Shown here: in pieces, positions 59,501 to 64,000 of the stretch
How positions within the stretch are numbered: position 1 is the stretch's first letter
Layout of the letters: every line of letters starts with the position of its first letter
Source of the DNA: a virus
Direction: 5' to 3' (one strand)
IMG/VR virus record: IMGVR_UViG_3300026484_000394
Location: 1-64,000 of that record
DNA: 64,000 bases
Notes under the pieces: generated by a model
Database searches by the model: none
What the model was told of the DNA's origin: nothing
The model's input: only the letters and a program-made list of their open reading frames with translations
Position numbers and translations under genes: made by a program

Positions 59501-59761
59501 GGGTTTGTTCGTAAATCGGCTGAAGAAATTAGCTATTTAGCTGTTGCTAAGTTGAAATATTACAGCAAAATCGTAAAAGACAATCATGTCGTCGACACTG
59601 CAGATGAATTATTAGGTGAGGAAGACACATATCTGATAGAGTTAAATCTTCCTTTTACGGTAGTGATGGAAGCAAGTTCTTATATTTTTGCTGACATTAA
59701 TGAAGCACGACATCTTGGCTTAGATGACCAATTTGTAATAATGGAGGAGAAAGATGACTAA
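56492..59761 (+). CDS. Large hypothetical protein (1089 aa)
   Basis: Long overlapping ORF. Confidence 0.8.
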   Translation: MAVKATHTPQLQEDALYELKKEAFFRISEQVGSLQSDSQIPVSLRNISLYLGDNSRIVYKPSQIKGLYSSRSSNVFVKEYIKLDNSNWMMFVHIGQENSVGQVDKIAIGSVDGAIKIAPKGTERVISLTTTFANENIQIIPSELREHFEAEANRTGYPLGDYEEGVYLLDSPAPLFANDTAMTRDSDFVGLWISFGTMLKYDLSNLSNFNIDGVKVGAIDINNDINSIQILKMLSNCAFGYATILLDKELLLADLMKYSKKFVYETNMQDTTRICVDNVLETLQEKGLFGMLYEEMEAIKEYPIMAFDEHTGKIHRDLQTVLKFKYKKEYIYMLLDSKSEKMYFLSYAGDISTYENSKYNYSVKVSSSLWLSKSNRINLDGFVLFTGFPNLQHNKVLDIYFDNTSESFSSLDKNFSIDVSEFDKFFDEESAGAKQNSYEHNTDLIHSFGNNSFPLVSGLVGYRFKEVRNKIPYFSLQTSAEPTFSTMIDVVAKKAFLFTPALKMNCDYSKSYPTLEIMSFLKNYVSMQLGIKDAKEFVGELEGGSYVYAVQFGYYADGWTLFKTDDNTFECKKTDPIRLSYAFNGAVEQVAMDEAKSILEIVQKLQEQNVSPSDIEERISDSLNSATNRVHSKINVAIKGMALAFDQEIIRKTAQIPKIIDSQTPSYVFDRFLDSDTIYVNNAPTGPALNHALLFEDTFNNIYLQHRSHYLSLIDMNPDKNKVHCPYLIDFTMSMLENKIHLIVDTDVSNSISVSTNDVLGLSALGEMLSANGEIEIEGELFPYSEAYSKEMTIQYFGIRNIDGKDFNIFKLTDFTTMSDEVAKAYNKRFLSEASDQFSAIGIDFEEAKKEMFSFGKGDYQELSVPRVPGGQPLYVAMLENKLMVSLDGEEYSQVNPGFSFDLSARLKINSRLAFISSLQNLVNMRITETTFSLFPEEVHDKEDIYNVSIKEVILNAEEIHLNKIHITTVCQVDNGSIVLYDNKNIVYQEGESFAFEQSVSIDGFVRKSAEEISYLAVAKLKYYSKIVKDNHVVDTADELLGEEDTYLIELNLPFTVVMEASSYIFADINEARHLGLDDQFVIMEEKDD

Positions 59762-60464
59762 TCTTACAGGCACTAATATACTAACACCCACAGATTGTTC
59801 TAGCCAAGTAGTGGTAGTTTCAGGGAGAGAAATCACTGTTTGTTCAGGAAAAGGAGGGCAATCTTTTCTTGAAATCAACAATAGCGATTCTCAAGGGACA
59901 ATTCCTCATTTTTTAAGCAAGTCTGGAGACTATCTTGTTATTGAATATCTAGGTGCTTTTCCTGAAATTGACTACGGTACTATTGATGATAATAGATTTA
60001 GCTTTTTTAGAATAGCTCAGGTAAATAAAACCATGATGGAAATATCCTTTCGGCCTTCTACAGATAACGAAGAGGGCAATGTGTCTATCCCTTTTGAAAA
60101 AGCACTCCTTCCAAAATCAGAAGAGACACTTAATCGAATAGCAATCTTGATTTCTTCTACTGGGGATAACCTTCATTGTATACTAGCAACTCAAACAAAG
60201 CTATTTCATTTATACGGCTCTTCTCGCCAAGAGCAAGACTCTATTGCCGAGAGAGCTAATGTTCGGTTTAAGATTGGCAGCAAAAGCAAGATTTACAAGA
60301 TTTCTACTGGAACCTCAAAGTGTATTGGGTCGACAGCAGTCTCTGCTTTGCAAAATTCTTCGCTAGAGTTTCACGAAGTTGCACGGTTCAATTCAGCTTC
60401 AGAGAATCGTAGACTAGATATAATACAAGATCTAATTTTGGGAAATAAAAGGGTGTTTCAATGA
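59754..60464 (+). CDS. Hypothetical protein
   Basis: GGAGGAG RBS. Confidence 0.75.
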   Translation: MTNLTGTNILTPTDCSSQVVVVSGREITVCSGKGGQSFLEINNSDSQGTIPHFLSKSGDYLVIEYLGAFPEIDYGTIDDNRFSFFRIAQVNKTMMEISFRPSTDNEEGNVSIPFEKALLPKSEETLNRIAILISSTGDNLHCILATQTKLFHLYGSSRQEQDSIAERANVRFKIGSKSKIYKISTGTSKCIGSTAVSALQNSSLEFHEVARFNSASENRRLDIIQDLILGNKRVFQ

Positions 60465-63400
60465 TTGCTACTTCGGTAAATATACTCAGCAACGCAATAA
60501 ATCTTGTGTATCAACAAAGTGTAAAAGTGAATGGAATAGGTGGAGTAAGATTCTACTTTTCTCGGAAAACGACAGATTCTAATCTGCCAATAGAAATCTC
60601 TTTTGTTCTTTATCAAGGTCAACTAAGAGCTTTTTGTAAGCAACATCAAGATGTAATCCTACAAGAAGTCACAATTGGAGAAAGAGATTGTTACACATAT
60701 AGAAATGATATTATTTTCTTTAAAGAAGCAATCCTCGAGCTTATAAGTAAACAGACTAACCAAGAAGAAACAAGCAGTGTAGTTGAGACAGTTAATTCTA
60801 TTTTCGGTGTAGACCTAAGCAAAATTGAGAATATTACTGCTTTTGAATTCCAGAAGTCTATGTATGTGGACAATATGAGTCTAAGCTCTAGCGATAATGT
60901 AGCAGAGGGGTATCTTATTATGCTTGCGGATATAGCTACTAAATCATTTATCACATCTATCTTCGTAGGAAAAATAAAGCCTCTTTCTAGGCGACAATAT
61001 GCAGATAAAGTAAACGAGTATTCTCAAAATAGAATTTTAGATGATATTGTCATTCAAAATCTAGAGAACTCTACTTTTATAACCAACAACTCTCCATTTA
61101 CTGCGGTTGTTACAAAAGAAGCATACCAATATAAGCAGTACAGAATTGGAAAGGCAGATGCTTTTTTTCAGAGGGAAATTAGCACTACTAATGACCTCAC
61201 TATCGAGGCAGGACAATCTATACAGGTGATACATTCAGTTCCACAGAGAGAAAATAGATATTCTTTATTATCTAATCCTATCCAAAAAATTCCTGGCCCT
61301 GTCAGAAAATCAAACCTTAACGAGATGAGAGAGGCGTTGCCATACATTAAAGAAATGCCATTTTATTTTGAACTAAAAGAAATCTCTCTTCCTATGAGTG
61401 AGGTTTCAAGCAATGACTTTGTTGTAGTTAGCTCTCTTTTTGAGTTATTTTCAGAAAAAGATAATTTTGCTAGAGCTATATTAGATGCGGAAGATGAAAT
61501 ATCAGGTACTTCTATTACGGGTTCTCTCGGTATTGTATCCATATCCAATGGGAATGCAGTAAAAGATTTTATAGACAATGGTAGAGTTTCTTATTTCGCC
61601 TCCAATTTTCGGGTAACATTTAATGCCAAGCTGAGAAAGATATACTCATATCTTGGGGAAGACCAACTCAACGCAGTAGTTGATTACACTGCAGCAATGA
61701 AAGCCTCTCGTATCTTGGCGATAGAAAGCAAGGTTGTATACAATGACACAATCTCTACTCCTATGCAAGCCCTTGCTGTGGAAATAGGTTTCTTTGGAGA
61801 TATGAGAGAAGTAATAGCCAACAATAAAACATTGGTGTATGTAGATGAAGTATCCAAAGGTGGGTTGCCCTGTAACACAGATAGACAAGAGATTGTAAGG
61901 CAACTACTCTCAGGCGAGTTCTCTGGAGACACTGTTGTGTTCAATGCCAATGATATACTAAATAACCCTTCCAAGCCCGTCTACTACGGAAAAATAACTG
62001 CAACAGGAGATGGAGAATTAGATGATGCATATGCTGCTTATCAGAAGAATATTGTTAGTAATCTTTCTGGCTTCAATATGGTTAATACTCAGCTCCAAAT
62101 GACCTCTGCACAGTTTGCTGCAGTCGCACCATTGTTTAATTCAGACCCAACTTTTTCAGACCCTTGCCGAGAAGACTTAGTTTATGTAGTAGAAGAAAAT
62201 ATATCAGAGCTAGGTCTAGCAACAAATCTTGAGCAGACAATACAATCCATTAAGAAAAGGGCATACTCTTTCCGCAAGCCTATAGAGCTACTTGCTGTGA
62301 TGAATATAGGAATATCTCTTGATGGAGCTTGGTATTTTTGTGGGGAAGATTTTTTTACCTCAGAAAATATTGAAAATGAAAACTACACAACCGTTATCTC
62401 AGATGAAATAAAACACTTCCAAGGAGATTCAACATCAGTAAAGCATCCTATCTCTGACAAAAAAAAGTTCATGGATAGAGCACTGAAAGGAGATGAATAT
62501 AAGCAAAAGCTTCATGATGTGTTTAGAGCACTGGCTATTGGAGATATAGACACTTCTTTAATTTATAAACACCAGGGATTAAGATATATTGCAGAACATC
62601 TTCTTGATCAAAACAAAAGATATTTTTATGACTATGAAGATATTTTTAAGCTAAAGAGAAAGGCTGTATTCAAAAAAGAGCAGGATACAATAACTAATAA
62701 ATTTGTGTTACCTAATATTTTAGAACAACTCATAAATGACCAAAAAGATGGATGCGTAGGGTATATTGGAGACAGTGATGTTCATTATTTTGGAAAGAGA
62801 AGAGAAGCTCATCGAAGAAACTATGCCAAGCTTCGTCCTAACGACAAGCCAGATGCTGCTTATGAAATAGGTCATACCGTGTCATGTATGATAAACACTG
62901 AAAATATTAGAAATGCAAGCAGCTTATTTCACTCTACGGGAAAGGACTTGTTTGGAGTCAATTTTGGAGACTGGACAACCATTGATACTTTGTCTGTTCA
63001 AAAGACTGAAAATGTCTTCTATAGAGGAATGATTTACGGCTTTCAAGTTAGCATACATAAAAATGATATTAAAGTTTTTAGCATCTTGTATGACTATAAG
63101 ACCAAGATGTTAACAATAAACAACCCTCAAAAACTAGAGATTATAGATTATGCGTTACTTCTTACATCTTTTGATGTTCTTCTACATGACTATTATGATA
63201 GTCTGGAAGGACTTCATAGAGTAGCTCTCGGTGTTTATGCTTACTCTGGCGAAGAGTCTTTGCGGTCACAGCTTTCTCAGAAATTTCTTCTCAGTAACCA
63301 GCCTCCAAGAAGAAGGTCTACAACAAAGATTTTCGGGGTGTCTGTTGGCCTTTTCGGAAGAAGCCTTTTTGTGAAACAAATGGAAGAATCTGCTACAAAT

Positions 63401-63883
63401 ATAGATGGGGCAAGTATCGCTTTAATCTTAGATAGTCAGTCGCTAAAAATTTACAGAGATGGGATTGAAGCTTCTTCTATACCTGTATCATACCTTGAAA
63501 GCTGTTCCGAGCTAGCTTTTTTTCAAGATGGATTTTTTGTGCAAATAGAAAGAGGAGAGAGGTTTCTTCCAGCAAACTACATCGCTAACAGCTTGACGAG
63601 AGCAAGCATTACAATATCTAGCTACAAAGGGACACTGTCTCAAACAAGGGGACTGTCAGGAAGACTTGTAGTCGTGGATTTTCTCGAAAAAAGAACTATT
63701 GCCTGTTCTCCTGATGTAGACATAGAATTTCTGTTGGATGGCAAAGGATTGCATATGCAACAGGTTTCAAGCAAGTATAGACATCCATTGGAGTTAGTGC
63801 ACGGAATAGCTGATATTCTAAATGAAAATACTACTTCTGTTGAGCAGCTAGGTCTGTCTTTTACAGTTAGTTATGACATCTAA
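60461..63883 (+). CDS. Large hypothetical protein (1140 aa)
   Basis: ATGA overlap, long ORF. Confidence 0.8.
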   Translation: MIATSVNILSNAINLVYQQSVKVNGIGGVRFYFSRKTTDSNLPIEISFVLYQGQLRAFCKQHQDVILQEVTIGERDCYTYRNDIIFFKEAILELISKQTNQEETSSVVETVNSIFGVDLSKIENITAFEFQKSMYVDNMSLSSSDNVAEGYLIMLADIATKSFITSIFVGKIKPLSRRQYADKVNEYSQNRILDDIVIQNLENSTFITNNSPFTAVVTKEAYQYKQYRIGKADAFFQREISTTNDLTIEAGQSIQVIHSVPQRENRYSLLSNPIQKIPGPVRKSNLNEMREALPYIKEMPFYFELKEISLPMSEVSSNDFVVVSSLFELFSEKDNFARAILDAEDEISGTSITGSLGIVSISNGNAVKDFIDNGRVSYFASNFRVTFNAKLRKIYSYLGEDQLNAVVDYTAAMKASRILAIESKVVYNDTISTPMQALAVEIGFFGDMREVIANNKTLVYVDEVSKGGLPCNTDRQEIVRQLLSGEFSGDTVVFNANDILNNPSKPVYYGKITATGDGELDDAYAAYQKNIVSNLSGFNMVNTQLQMTSAQFAAVAPLFNSDPTFSDPCREDLVYVVEENISELGLATNLEQTIQSIKKRAYSFRKPIELLAVMNIGISLDGAWYFCGEDFFTSENIENENYTTVISDEIKHFQGDSTSVKHPISDKKKFMDRALKGDEYKQKLHDVFRALAIGDIDTSLIYKHQGLRYIAEHLLDQNKRYFYDYEDIFKLKRKAVFKKEQDTITNKFVLPNILEQLINDQKDGCVGYIGDSDVHYFGKRREAHRRNYAKLRPNDKPDAAYEIGHTVSCMINTENIRNASSLFHSTGKDLFGVNFGDWTTIDTLSVQKTENVFYRGMIYGFQVSIHKNDIKVFSILYDYKTKMLTINNPQKLEIIDYALLLTSFDVLLHDYYDSLEGLHRVALGVYAYSGEESLRSQLSQKFLLSNQPPRRRSTTKIFGVSVGLFGRSLFVKQMEESATNIDGASIALILDSQSLKIYRDGIEASSIPVSYLESCSELAFFQDGFFVQIERGERFLPANYIANSLTRASITISSYKGTLSQTRGLSGRLVVVDFLEKRTIACSPDVDIEFLLDGKGLHMQQVSSKYRHPLELVHGIADILNENTTSVEQLGLSFTVSYDI

Positions 63884-63895
63884 AAAGGACTTTAT

Positions 63896-64000
63896 GTGAT
63901 ACCTTTATTTTATATACTACCTACAGACAACTTGTATACAAAGACGACAGGAGTGGTTACAAAAATCACTCCATCTTTTGTTCAATCTTCACGGGTGCTA
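63896..64000 (+). CDS. Start of the next gene (truncated by the window)
   Basis: AAGGA then GTG at 63896; frame open for 35 codons to the edge. Confidence 0.45.
   Translation, partial: MIPLFYILPTDNLYTKTTGVVTKITPSFVQSSRVL

Noticed and set aside
5521-61974. Numerous short minus-strand ORFs within the plus-strand operon
   Set aside because: All are antisense to long coding genes, with no RBS or recognisable motifs.
2235-63883. Stop-codon reassignment as seen in some large phages
   Set aside because: Standard-code ORFs tile the region densely, and TAA, TAG and TGA all end genes at sensible junctions.

Overview
A 64-kb, AT-rich (roughly 35-37% GC by eye) segment of a large tailed (jumbo-type, probably contractile-tailed) phage genome, read in the standard code. 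A Gram-negative host is implied by a holin/i-spanin/o-spanin cassette. TRTGnTATAAT promoters without -35 boxes and AAGGA RBSs would fit a Campylobacterota-like host (inference). Positions 1-2006 hold three minus-strand accessory genes: two 20-aa LRR paralogs and an orphan. Each is preceded by the same ~50-nt leader containing a hairpin with compensatory stem changes. From 2235 onward the window is one plus-strand virion/late region. It contains an HNH nuclease, an amidase endolysin, beta-helix/YadA/RCC1/Ig fibre-like proteins, an HK97-type prohead protease and a stand-alone C-terminal half of an RNA polymerase beta-prime subunit. It also holds lysis genes, baseplate-like and tape-measure-like proteins, a groES-groEL pair, a tail chaperone with a complete -1 frameshift signal, and about 20 kb of large orphan proteins. 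The main candidates for new biology are: (1) the covarying hairpin leader cassettes versus sigma70-type late promoters, suggesting N4-like logic with a multisubunit RNAP; (2) a K-x-A maturation-cleavage code shared by the protease and several head proteins, one of which would release a cationic Gly-rich peptide; (3) an RBS-sequestering hairpin centred on a promoter; (4) a GroEL lacking the inter-ring contact segment. I did not recognise major capsid, portal, terminase, sheath or tube genes, tRNAs or a CRISPR array. All calls come from motif reading, not database searches.
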